64,000 nucleotides of DNA. Origin: Candidatus Dormiibacterota bacterium (GTDB lineage Bacteria; Chloroflexota; Dormibacteria; Aeolococcales; Aeolococcaceae). Below the pieces are notes generated by a model. The model saw only the letters and a list, made by a program, of their open reading frames with translations. It did no database searches and was not told where the DNA came from. This document shows, in pieces, positions 20,220 through 28,659 of the stretch. Location of the stretch: positions 256,001 to 320,000 of the forward strand of contig OY970355.1 of NCBI GenBank assembly GCA_963718525.1, read 5' to 3'. Every line of letters begins with the position of its first letter. Positions within the stretch are counted from its first letter, which is position 1. Made by a program: the position numbers and the translations under genes.

Positions 20220-21062
20220 ATGACGCGGATCATTTCGGTCGCTAATCAGAAAGGCGGTGTGGGCAAGACCACAACCGCGGTCAACCTGGCGGCAGCCATC
20301 GCGGAGGCAGGTCCGAAGGTCCTCGCGGTCGACCTCGATCCCCAGGGTCACCTGACCATCAACATGGGGTGCCGCCGGCCCGACGAGCTGGAGCGGACGA
20401 TCTACGACCTCCTCACCGACCATCGGGTCAGCGTCGCGGACGTCCTCCTCGTCTCGGAGGGCATGGGGCTCGACTTCATCCCGGCGAACATCGATCTCAG
20501 CGGCGCCGAGCTGCAGCTGGTCACCGAGTTCGGCCGGGAGTCGATTCTCAAGGAGAAGCTCGAGCCCATCGAAGGCCAGTACGACTACGTCGTCATCGAT
20601 TGCCCGCCGTCGCTCGGCCTCCTCTGCATCAACGCGCTCGTGGCGTCGACGGACGTGATCATCCCGCTGCAGTGCGAGTACTTCGGGATGAAAGGCATGC
20701 AGCAGCTGCAGCGCACCATCGATCGCGTGCGGGCAAAGCTCAACAGCCGTCTTCGTGTCGCGGGCATCCTGCCGACGCTCTACAAGTCGCGCACCCTGCA
20801 CAGCCAGGAGGTGCTCGACCTCGTGAAGAGCGCATACCCCGATCTCGTCTTCCCGATCACCGTCGACTCCTCGATCAGGTTCGCCGAGACACCGCTGGCG
20901 GGGCAGTCGATCCTCGAGTACGCCCCGAACTCGCCTGGGGCTCGCTCCTACCGGGCCCTCGCCAAGGCCGTTATCGCCCAGGATCGCGGCGATGGCGACA
21001 GCATCGAGGTCTCCGGGAGCGCGGAACGTCCACGCGAGCGGGTGCGCGCGGCCCGAGGGTGA
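20220..21062 (+). CDS. ParA/Soj-family ATPase
   Basis: NQKGGVGKTT, DLDPQG, PANIDL, IDCPPSLG. Confidence 0.92.
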   Translation: MTRIISVANQKGGVGKTTTAVNLAAAIAEAGPKVLAVDLDPQGHLTINMGCRRPDELERTIYDLLTDHRVSVADVLLVSEGMGLDFIPANIDLSGAELQLVTEFGRESILKEKLEPIEGQYDYVVIDCPPSLGLLCINALVASTDVIIPLQCEYFGMKGMQQLQRTIDRVRAKLNSRLRVAGILPTLYKSRTLHSQEVLDLVKSAYPDLVFPITVDSSIRFAETPLAGQSILEYAPNSPGARSYRALAKAVIAQDRGDGDSIEVSGSAERPRERVRAARG

Positions 21063-21355
21063 TGCGCGGATTTCGCCGCGCCCAGCTGCGCGGCAGCGAT
21101 GAGCTCTTCCGCTCCGCCGAGCCCGAGCAGCTCGACGCCCCGCTGTCGCCCGCCGAGAACAACGACGCCGTCCACCCCGTCCCGTCGGCCCCCGCCCACC
21201 ACATGCGCTCGGTCCGGTTGACGGACGACGAGCTGCGGATCCTCTCGGAAGCGGTTCAGCACCTCAAATTCCCCGCCAAGGCGCCGACGCGCCCTTCGGT
21301 GGACGACTTCGAGAAGCTGGAGGTCCTCCGCCAGAAACTGCTCGACGCGCTGTGA
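21062..21355 (+). CDS. Small ParA-associated protein (97 aa)
   Basis: TGATG coupling to parA. MRGFRRAQLRGSDELFRS resembles the RRxxLxGxDELFR N-terminus of small partners that follow actinobacterial ParA paralogs. Confidence 0.7.
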   Translation: MRGFRRAQLRGSDELFRSAEPEQLDAPLSPAENNDAVHPVPSAPAHHMRSVRLTDDELRILSEAVQHLKFPAKAPTRPSVDDFEKLEVLRQKLLDAL

Positions 21356-21357
21356 GG

Positions 21358-21489
21358 GTCGGAGGGGACGGCATCGACTGCGGCGGGCCGTCTCGCAGCC
21401 GGGGCTACCCCCCCCGGCGAGAGCGAGGGGCGGAACGGCGAAGGCGTTCCGACCCCGTGCCCGCCGCAGTCGATGCCGTCCCCTCCGAC
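21358..21489. repeat. 132-bp palindromic element with perfect 31-bp inverted arms and two internal hairpins
   Basis: GTCGGAGGGGACGGCATCGACTGCGGCGGGC (21358-21388) is the exact reverse complement of 21459-21489. Confidence 0.9.
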
Positions 21490-21502
21490 TAGCCGCCGGC
21501 AC

Positions 21503-21790
21503 GTGGTCATCGGTACGCTGACGGTCACCCTCCAGGTACCGGACAGCGAATCCCTCAAGGACAAGCGGCAGGTGGTCCGCTCGCTCACGGCCAAGCTCCG
21601 CAACACGTTCAACGTCGCGGTTGCAGAGGTGGCCGACCAGGATCTCTGGCAGTCGGCCGTCATCGGGGTGGCGTGCGTGAGCTCGGACAGCCGGCATGCG
21701 GACGAGATGTGCCAGAAGGTGTTGCGGTTCGTCGACGATCATGGCGAGGCGCTCGTCCTCGGCTCCCATTTCGAGTTGATCCACGTCTGA
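21503..21790 (+). CDS. DUF503/YlxP-family protein
   Basis: SLKDKRQVVRSL, FNVAVAEV..QDLWQ. Start placed at GTG 21503. Confidence 0.9.
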   Translation: MVIGTLTVTLQVPDSESLKDKRQVVRSLTAKLRNTFNVAVAEVADQDLWQSAVIGVACVSSDSRHADEMCQKVLRFVDDHGEALVLGSHFELIHV

Positions 21791-21797
21791 TCAGGCT

Positions 21798-24212
21798 CTG
21801 CTGACGCGGGATCTCATCGAGGCCTACCAGGCGACGCTTCCATTCGAGCTCGACGACTTCCAGCGCGAGGCCATCGTCAAGCTCGAGGGATCCCGCGGCG
21901 TGCTGGTGAGTGCGCCCACGTCGAGCGGCAAGACGGTGGTTGCGGACTACGTGATCTGGCGCCGCCTCGACGCGCCGGCCGCACTCCGGCGGCCGATCAC
22001 AGATGCAGCCGACGTGGTCTACACGACACCTCTGAAAGCTCTGAGCAACCAGAAATATCACGATCTCTGCGAGCGATTCGGTGAGCACCGCATCGGCCTG
22101 ATCACCGGTGAGCACACGCTCAACGATGGCGCACCGATCCTGGTGATGACCACGGAGATCCTGCGCAATGTGCTCTACGACGAGCCTGCGCGTGTCGATC
22201 GAGTCGGCGATGTGGTGCTCGACGAGGTGCACTACATCGACGACTACCCGCGCGGCACGGTGTGGGAGGAGCTGATCATCGAGGCGCCTCGCCACATTCG
22301 CCTGATCGGCCTCTCCGCAACCATCAGCAACGTCGGCGAGGTCGCGACATGGATGTCGGGCCTGCGCGGCACGATCGAGACGGTCACGAAAACCGAACGA
22401 CCGGTGGCACTCGAGATGTGGCTGGCCATCGACAACAGGTTGCACCCGCTCTTCGACAAGGCGGGCAATGCGGCGCGCGGCACGCTCGAACTTGCGCAGG
22501 CGGATGCAGTGCAGCAACCACGATTTCGCGAGGCGCGACGCGCCCCCGACAACGACATGCTGCAGATCGTCGATGTCCTGCGGCAGCGCGCGATGCTCCC
22601 CGCCATCTACTTCATCTTCTCGCGACGGGGATGCCGCGAAGCGCTTCAGCGCTGTGGTGTGCACGGAGTCGACCTCACCAGCGATGAGGAGAAGGAGCGC
22701 ATCGACATCGCCATCACCGAGCGGATGGAGGCATTGAGCGATGCGGACGAGCGACAGTGCGTGCTCCTCGAGCTCGACAGGCGCCTGCTCCGGCGCGGCC
22801 TCGCCATGCACCACGCCGGTCTGCTCCCGTATGCGAAGGAGACCGTGGAGCGCCTGTTTCAGCAGGGGTTGATCAAGGTCGTCTTCGCGACGGAGACGCT
22901 CTCACTTGGTCTCAACATGCCGGCGCGCTCCTGCGTCATCTCTTCGTTCACGAAGTTCGACGGCGTGAGTTTCGCCTCACTCACCAGCGGCGAGCTGACG
23001 CAGCTCATGGGCCGCGCTGGCAGGCGCGGCATCGACACAGTCGGGCACGGGGTGATCCTCAAGGAGAGCGACGTCGACCTGCGCGATATCTACGACGCCG
23101 CGATCTCCGGTGAGTTCGCCGTGGATTCCAAGTTCTCGCCCACCTACACGATGGTGCTCAACCTGCTGCGCACGCGGTCCGCTGAGGCCGCCGAGATGCT
23201 CCTCGACAGCTCCTTCGGGCAATACCAGGCAGTCGAGCGGTCTGCACGGTGGGAGCATCGCAGGGCCAACCTCGAAGCCGAGCTGCATGATCTCCGGCTG
23301 CGGCGCTTTCAGCACCCTCGGGTCCCGTGCACCGAGCGCACCCTGACCTCGTTCCTCACCACCACGACGCAGCTGGGTGAGGCCCAGCTCGCGCTGCGGC
23401 GCGTCAAGCGCGGGCACTGGACCGATGCGCGTCGCGGCCGGTACGGCAAGGCGGGTTCCGATCCCGGCCAGCGCTATGAGGCGTTGCGCAGGACCACCCG
23501 CTCACTCCAGGACCGGCTCAACGAGTCGCCGTGCCGCAACTGTCCGTACTTCGGCGAGCATCGCGCTCACCACCACCGCATCGCCGACATCGAAACCACC
23601 CTCGCCGGTGCCGAGGAGGAGCTGGAGCGCTCGCAGCACCGCTTTCGGCGCGAGTTCCAGGCACACCGGGCGGTGTTGCGGGCCGGGGGCTTCCTCGACG
23701 GCGACGACCCGACCGACCTCGGCCGTCTCGCCGGCTCGCTGTACGGGGAGAGCTCGCTGCTCGTTGCCGACGCGATCGCGTCCGGGCTGCTCGACGGGCT
23801 CAAGCCCGAGGAGGTCGCCGCAACCCTGGTCAGCTTGGTCGCGGAGGATCGGGGTCGGGAGCGCCCGCAACCGTCGCGACGTCACTTTCCCACTCCCCGG
23901 ATCGAGGAACGGCATCGCCGCCTCCGAACCGCGATGCGGCGCTTCGTGGAGCTCGAACGCGAACATGGGCTGGAGACGATGCCGCCGCTCTCCCTCGAGT
24001 ACATTCGCCCGGCATACGAATGGGCGACGGGCGTCCCACTCGCCGACATCGAGCCCCCACCGGGCGCCGATACCGGAGACGTTGTCAAGGCGGTGAAGAG
24101 CCTCTACTCGCTGCTGCGCCAGATGGAGCAGGCACTGCGCGGGCATGCGCTGCACCCGGTGGTCGCGCTCACCCGCGAGCGGGTCGAGCGCGACCTCATC
24201 CGCAGGATCTGA
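21798..24212 (+). CDS. Ski2/HelY-like DEAD/DEAH-box RNA helicase
   Basis: PFELDDFQ Q-motif upstream of the called GTG 21900, then APTSSGKT, PLKALSNQK, DEVH, LSAT, HHAG, QLMGRAGRRG, DSHCT-like tail. Start codon appears non-canonical. Confidence 0.9.
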   Translation: MLTRDLIEAYQATLPFELDDFQREAIVKLEGSRGVLVSAPTSSGKTVVADYVIWRRLDAPAALRRPITDAADVVYTTPLKALSNQKYHDLCERFGEHRIGLITGEHTLNDGAPILVMTTEILRNVLYDEPARVDRVGDVVLDEVHYIDDYPRGTVWEELIIEAPRHIRLIGLSATISNVGEVATWMSGLRGTIETVTKTERPVALEMWLAIDNRLHPLFDKAGNAARGTLELAQADAVQQPRFREARRAPDNDMLQIVDVLRQRAMLPAIYFIFSRRGCREALQRCGVHGVDLTSDEEKERIDIAITERMEALSDADERQCVLLELDRRLLRRGLAMHHAGLLPYAKETVERLFQQGLIKVVFATETLSLGLNMPARSCVISSFTKFDGVSFASLTSGELTQLMGRAGRRGIDTVGHGVILKESDVDLRDIYDAAISGEFAVDSKFSPTYTMVLNLLRTRSAEAAEMLLDSSFGQYQAVERSARWEHRRANLEAELHDLRLRRFQHPRVPCTERTLTSFLTTTTQLGEAQLALRRVKRGHWTDARRGRYGKAGSDPGQRYEALRRTTRSLQDRLNESPCRNCPYFGEHRAHHHRIADIETTLAGAEEELERSQHRFRREFQAHRAVLRAGGFLDGDDPTDLGRLAGSLYGESSLLVADAIASGLLDGLKPEEVAATLVSLVAEDRGRERPQPSRRHFPTPRIEERHRRLRTAMRRFVELEREHGLETMPPLSLEYIRPAYEWATGVPLADIEPPPGADTGDVVKAVKSLYSLLRQMEQALRGHALHPVVALTRERVERDLIRRI

Positions 24213-24266
24213 CCGAGACTTCGCGTTACGGTGCAAGCGCCGTGTTGCATCGAAGCTGGGTCACCG

Positions 24267-24275
24267 TGTTAGCAT
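24267..24275 (+). promoter_or_regulatory. Extended -10 (TGnTAGCAT) for the thrC leader
   Basis: TGTTAGCAT lies 9 nt before the leader GTG; TTGCAT at 24245-24250. Confidence 0.55.
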
Positions 24276-24284
24276 GCCCGCACT

Positions 24285-24347
24285 GTGCTGACACCAAGAG
24301 TCGTGCTCGCAACCATGATCATGCCCCGCGGAGGTTTCCGAACGTAG
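24285..24347 (+). CDS. Attenuator leader peptide MLTPRVVLATMIMPRGGFRT (20 aa)
   Basis: GTG...TAG read by hand. Clustered Thr/Val/Leu/Met/Ile codons; the 3' end overlaps the antiterminator arm. Confidence 0.7.
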   Translation: MLTPRVVLATMIMPRGGFRT

Positions 24348-24403
24348 GGGCGTACGCGCCCACGTTGGAAACCTCCCGGACCACAAGCCCGGGAGGTTTT
24401 TTT
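24330..24403 (+). terminator. Alternative antiterminator (24330-24376) and terminator (24369-24403) of the thrC attenuator
   Basis: GGAGGTTTCC..AACGT pairs with ACGTT.GGAAACCTCC. AAACCTCCCGG / CCGGGAGGTTT is followed by the T7 run. Both structures share AAACCTCC. Confidence 0.85.
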
Positions 24404-24404
24404 C

Positions 24405-25691
24405 ATGTCCACCATCAGTCTGCTCGAACGCTACGGTCGAGCTCCCTCGGGGGCCCACGTCGGCTGTCTGGTCTGTCGCGCCTGCGGTCACGAGACCCCG
24501 GTCGAGGCGACCAACATCTGTGACCGGTGCTTCGGCCCGCTCGAGGTTCGATACGACTACGAAGAGGTGGCGCGGCGCGTCTCACGTGAGAGCATCGCCT
24601 CGGGTCCCGCGAGCATCTGGCGGTATCGCGATCTCCTGCCTGTCGACCTCGACGCGACCGAGCCGATCACGCTGGGCGAGGGCTTCACGCCGCTGATCCA
24701 CGCGCGCAACCTCGGCGCGGAACTCGGGCTGCGCAATCTCTACCTGAAGAACGACACGCAGAACCCGACGGGGTCCTTCAAGGATCGGGTGGTGAGCGTC
24801 GCGGCCACCTGGGCGCGCGAGCACGGGCTGACCACCATCGCCTGCGCCAGCACGGGCAATCTCGCCAACTCCGTGGCGGCGTATGCGGCGCACGCCGGAC
24901 TGCGCGCCGTCGTGGTGGTGCCCAGCGACCTCGAGTCCGCCAAGATGATCGGCACGTCGATCTTCCGGCCGACGATCATTGCTGTGGACGGTAGCTACGA
25001 CGATGTCAATCGTCTGTGCACCGAGCTCGCCGACTGCGTCGACTGGGGGTTCTGCAACCTCAACCTTCGCGCCTACTACAGCGAGGGCAGCAAGACGCTG
25101 ACCTTCGAGACGGCGGAGCAGCTCGGTTGGCGGCTTCCCGACGAGATCATCGTGCCGGTCGCGTCTGGATGCCAGTTCGTCAAGCACCGCAAGGCTGCCG
25201 GCGAGTTGATCGACCTCGGCCTGGTCCAGCCGGGATCGCGTCTGCCCCGGCTCACCGGCGCCCAGGCGCTCGGCTGCTCGCCGGTCGCAACGGCGTTCGC
25301 CGGCGGCGAGACGGCCGTCGTCCCCGTGCGGCCGCACACCATCGCCCGATCGATTGCGATCGGCAACCCCTCGGATGGGGCGGACGTCCTCCGGATCGCG
25401 CGCGAGACCGGGGGCGTGGTCGCGAGCGTCACCGAGGAGGAACTGGTGGAGGGCATCGAGCTGCTGGCCGCCAGCGAGGGGATCTTCGCCGAGACGGCCG
25501 GCGGGGTCACGGTCGCCGTGCTTCGCAAGCTCGCCAGAGCCGGGCGCTGGGAGGGGGACGAGACCGTCGTCGCCTACATCACCGGTGCGGGCTTGAAAAC
25601 GGCGGAGTGCGTCGCCTCCAGGGCTGAGACGCTCACGCCCGTGCCGGCGTCGCTCCGAGCAGTCCGGGAGCGATACGCCGGTCTGTTCTGA
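24405..25691 (+). CDS. thrC: Threonine synthase (PLP fold II, N-terminal Zn-ribbon type)
   Basis: CRAC..CDRCFGPL, LGEGFTPL, NPTGSFKDR, CASTGN, EGSKT, IAIGNP. Exact substrate not certain for this clade. Confidence 0.85.
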   Translation: MSTISLLERYGRAPSGAHVGCLVCRACGHETPVEATNICDRCFGPLEVRYDYEEVARRVSRESIASGPASIWRYRDLLPVDLDATEPITLGEGFTPLIHARNLGAELGLRNLYLKNDTQNPTGSFKDRVVSVAATWAREHGLTTIACASTGNLANSVAAYAAHAGLRAVVVVPSDLESAKMIGTSIFRPTIIAVDGSYDDVNRLCTELADCVDWGFCNLNLRAYYSEGSKTLTFETAEQLGWRLPDEIIVPVASGCQFVKHRKAAGELIDLGLVQPGSRLPRLTGAQALGCSPVATAFAGGETAVVPVRPHTIARSIAIGNPSDGADVLRIARETGGVVASVTEEELVEGIELLAASEGIFAETAGGVTVAVLRKLARAGRWEGDETVVAYITGAGLKTAECVASRAETLTPVPASLRAVRERYAGLF

Positions 25692-25746
25692 GCTGACCCG
25701 TTGCCTGGCATGAACATCAGTTTGCCCCGGCATCTGCCGTGGCATA

Positions 25747-26667
25747 GTGAAAGCGATGTATCACCAGATTGCCCGGAACAAGCGCAAGAGCCTGATCGTG
25801 GTCGTGGCGTTCTTCATCATCTGGGCGGCGATCGGCTACGTGATCGGATATATCGCGTCGGGGGTCAGCGGCGGCATCTCGGGAATCATCATCGCGGCCA
25901 TCGTGGCGCTCCTCGTGGTGCTGTGGTCACTGACCCTCGGTCAGGCAACCGTCCTCGCCGTCTCGGGTGCGCAGCCGGTCACTCGGGAGCAGGCGCCGGT
26001 GCTGTACGACATCGTCTCGACGCTCGCGATCGGCGCGGGGTTGCCGATGCCGAAGATCTACATCATCGACGACCCGTCGCCGAATGCCTTCGCCACGGGC
26101 ACGAGCCCGCAGAAGGCGGCCGTCACGGCCACGACCGGGTTGCTCGCAATCATGGATCGCGAAGAGCTCGAGGGGGTGCTCGCCCACGAGATGAGCCACA
26201 TTCGCAACTACGACGTCCGCCTCGTGCTCATCGTGGCAACGTCGGTCGCACTCATCGGGCTGCTCGCCAGCCTGCTGTGGCGCTCGCTGTTCTTCACCCG
26301 CGGTGGCAACAATCGCGATGGTGGCTATCTGATCATCATCCTCATCGCCGCGGCGGCGCTGCTCTCCGTGGTTGCGGTCGTCGTCGGTCCGCTCATGCAG
26401 TTCGCGCTGTCACGCTCGCGCGAATCACTCGCCGATGCGAGCAGCGTCGAGCTCACTCGCAATCCAACGGGGCTGCTCCACGCGCTGCAGAAGCTCCAGC
26501 AGAACGACAAGCCGTTCGCGAAGATGACCCACGCAACCGCGGCGATGTGCATCGACGATCCGCTGCAGCATCACGGCGGCTTCATGCATCACCTCTTCGA
26601 CACGCATCCCCCGATTGAAGAACGCATCGCAGCGCTCCAGGCGATGCTGCAGGTCAAGGAAACTTAG
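25747..26667 (+). CDS. htpX: M48-family zinc metalloprotease HtpX
   Basis: PNAFATG, AHEMSH, SRSRESLAD, THPPIEERI. Confidence 0.92.
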   Translation: MKAMYHQIARNKRKSLIVVVAFFIIWAAIGYVIGYIASGVSGGISGIIIAAIVALLVVLWSLTLGQATVLAVSGAQPVTREQAPVLYDIVSTLAIGAGLPMPKIYIIDDPSPNAFATGTSPQKAAVTATTGLLAIMDREELEGVLAHEMSHIRNYDVRLVLIVATSVALIGLLASLLWRSLFFTRGGNNRDGGYLIIILIAAAALLSVVAVVVGPLMQFALSRSRESLADASSVELTRNPTGLLHALQKLQQNDKPFAKMTHATAAMCIDDPLQHHGGFMHHLFDTHPPIEERIAALQAMLQVKET

Positions 26668-27272
26668 ACCGGAGGCGCTGCGGCCGGCGGCGGCGCGGCA
26701 GATGTGCCAGGCGTGAAGGACACCGTCGGCGCCTGCCGTTCAGCGTCCGCCACCTGGAAGAACGCGAACGGCTGGAAGTGCATGATCTGGCCGTAGATGT
26801 TGGTGGGGAACGTCTGGAGCGCGGTGTTGAAATCACGCACGTTGCCGTTGTAGAAGCGCCGTGAGAACTCCACCTTGTCCTCGGTGTTGGTGAGCTGCTC
26901 CTGCAGGTTCAGGAACAGATCGGACGCCTTCAGCTGCGGGTAGTTCTCCGCGACGGCGAGCAGCTGCCGCGTGGACCCGGTCAAGGCGTCCTCGGCGCCG
27001 GCCATCGCCGACGGATCGCCTGACTTTGACGCGGCGATCGCATTGGTGCGCGCTGCGGTGACCGCCTCGAACACGCCTCGCTCGTGGGCCGCATACCCCT
27101 GCACGGTGTTGACCAGGTTGGGTATGAGGTCGTACCGGCGCTTCAGCTCGACGTCGATATCGGACCACGCCTCCTGGGTTCGCGTCCTCAGGCGGATCAG
27201 TCGGTTGAACCGGTAGGCAACGTACAGGGCGACGATGACGACGACGATCAGTACGATGACGAGGGCGGTCAT
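26664..27272 (-). CDS. lemA: LemA-family protein
   Basis: N-terminal TM, WSDIDVELKRRYDLIPNLV, AVAENYPQLKA, RRFYN. Confidence 0.95.
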   Translation of the reverse strand: MTALVIVLIVVVIVALYVAYRFNRLIRLRTRTQEAWSDIDVELKRRYDLIPNLVNTVQGYAAHERGVFEAVTAARTNAIAASKSGDPSAMAGAEDALTGSTRQLLAVAENYPQLKASDLFLNLQEQLTNTEDKVEFSRRFYNGNVRDFNTALQTFPTNIYGQIMHFQPFAFFQVADAERQAPTVSFTPGTSAAPPPAAAPPV

Positions 27273-27284
27273 GACCTCAGTGTC

Positions 27285-27791
27285 TCATTCCTCGCGCAAC
27301 ATCGCTTCGGGGACACTGACCACCCGGTACGGCATATCGGTGATGTCGTAGTACCGGATCGGCTTCTTCAGGCGCTTCGCGATGCCGACCTGGACCTTGA
27401 CGCCAAGCGACGGGTTGCCGAACACCCACATCTGATCGCAGCGCACGATCAGGTTGTTGAAGGCCTCGCGCACGACATCCTTGGGCACCGTATGCACGAG
27501 GTAGTAGTCGAAGAGCATGAACGGGACGATCGGCACCTGTCCCTCGTCGAGCACGAACTTGGTGATGTGCTGGCGCCAGTAGAAATTCCGGTTGCTGAGC
27601 GCGCAGTAGATCAGCTGCTTGGGGCGGCGCAGCGCGCGCTCGGCCTGCTCCGCCGGACTGGCCTTCGGAGTCGGCGCGAAGATACGCTCGAGGATGTCCT
27701 CAGCGTTCTTGACGGCCGGTTCAGCGGGCGATGCGGCCTCGTCGCGAATCCGAGATGTGCTCTCACGACGCCGCATACCACGTGGGCGCAA
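27285..27791 (-). CDS. Hypothetical protein, nucleoside 2-deoxyribosyltransferase-like fold
   Basis: IYCA, PIVPF, CDQMWVFG..SLGV..QV..A.RLKKPIRY pattern of NDT/DUF4406-like domains. Start uncertain. Confidence 0.6.
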   Translation of the reverse strand: MRPRGMRRRESTSRIRDEAASPAEPAVKNAEDILERIFAPTPKASPAEQAERALRRPKQLIYCALSNRNFYWRQHITKFVLDEGQVPIVPFMLFDYYLVHTVPKDVVREAFNNLIVRCDQMWVFGNPSLGVKVQVGIAKRLKKPIRYYDITDMPYRVVSVPEAMLREE

Positions 27792-27875
27792 CCTTTCTCC
27801 CCGTCACATCACTGCGTGCGAGAGCCGATGATAGCATCGGCAGGAGATCGCGAAAATCGTGCGAGCCCAATGAGC

Positions 27876-28532
27876 TCAGCCGTCCGGGTCAGCCCAGGCG
27901 ACCATCTGGCTCATGGTCACGAGCGCCCGATCGAGGAGCGCGATGCGCGCGGGATCATTGAGCCACCTGCTCTGACCCGATGGATGGGGCAGCGGCACAA
28001 GTACGGTCGACACCTCGGGCATGCCCGGGATCGGGAGCCCGTCACTGGTGAACGCGGCGCCGATCACGTCATCGAGGCGACGGCCCGGGAGAAAGCGTTG
28101 GAGTGCCAGCGAACCGATCGGAATGATCAGACGCGGTGCGAGCATCGAGATGACCCCGTCAAGCCATGGCGCGCACAGTGCGACCTCCGCCGCGCTCGGA
28201 CGCCTGTCGCCCGCTCCATCAGCACGCCGCCCAGGGAAGCACGTCGTCATGGCGGTCATGTAGATGCGATCACGCACGTCATCCTCGTCGCGAAAGCCGC
28301 CGCGAGTCAGCCAGCGCATCAGCTGGCGGCCTGCCCGTCCCGCGAACGGTCTGCTCTGGTCGTGTTCGACGGGCCCCGGTGCTTGCCCGACGAGCATGAT
28401 GTGCTGTCCTTGCCGGCCGCTGAACACCGGATGCGCACGAACGATGTATCCGGCATCCGCGCACCGCGTGCAGGCACGCTGCCTGCGCTGCAGCGATCTC
28501 AGTGAGCGACCGACGGCAGGTTCTCTGAACAC
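27876..28532 (-). CDS. Uracil-DNA glycosylase family protein
   Basis: CTRC, VGQAPG, PFAGRAG, CFP, LPHPS. Confidence 0.88.
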   Translation of the reverse strand: MFREPAVGRSLRSLQRRQRACTRCADAGYIVRAHPVFSGRQGQHIMLVGQAPGPVEHDQSRPFAGRAGRQLMRWLTRGGFRDEDDVRDRIYMTAMTTCFPGRRADGAGDRRPSAAEVALCAPWLDGVISMLAPRLIIPIGSLALQRFLPGRRLDDVIGAAFTSDGLPIPGMPEVSTVLVPLPHPSGQSRWLNDPARIALLDRALVTMSQMVAWADPDG

Positions 28533-28659
28533 GACGACCCGACTTTGACTCGCCGAGGTGGCGGCGGCGAACCCCAGGCGATATCATCTCTTCACCGCTT
28601 GTCCTTCCCACGTCACAGTTGAGCGGCCGTCGTGGTCAGCCGTCGTACTTCGAGGCTCC

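Noticed and set aside
21358-21489. CRISPR repeat or simple intrinsic terminator
   Set aside because: A single inverted pair with no direct-repeat/spacer array and no cas genes; no U-tract on either strand.
24280-24404. SAM riboswitch or T-box before thrC
   Set aside because: No SAM-I/IV core (ATCxAGAG, GCAACC within the P1-P4 frame) and no T-box AAGGTGGxACC or stem I. The region is short and is explained by the leader ORF plus alternative hairpins.
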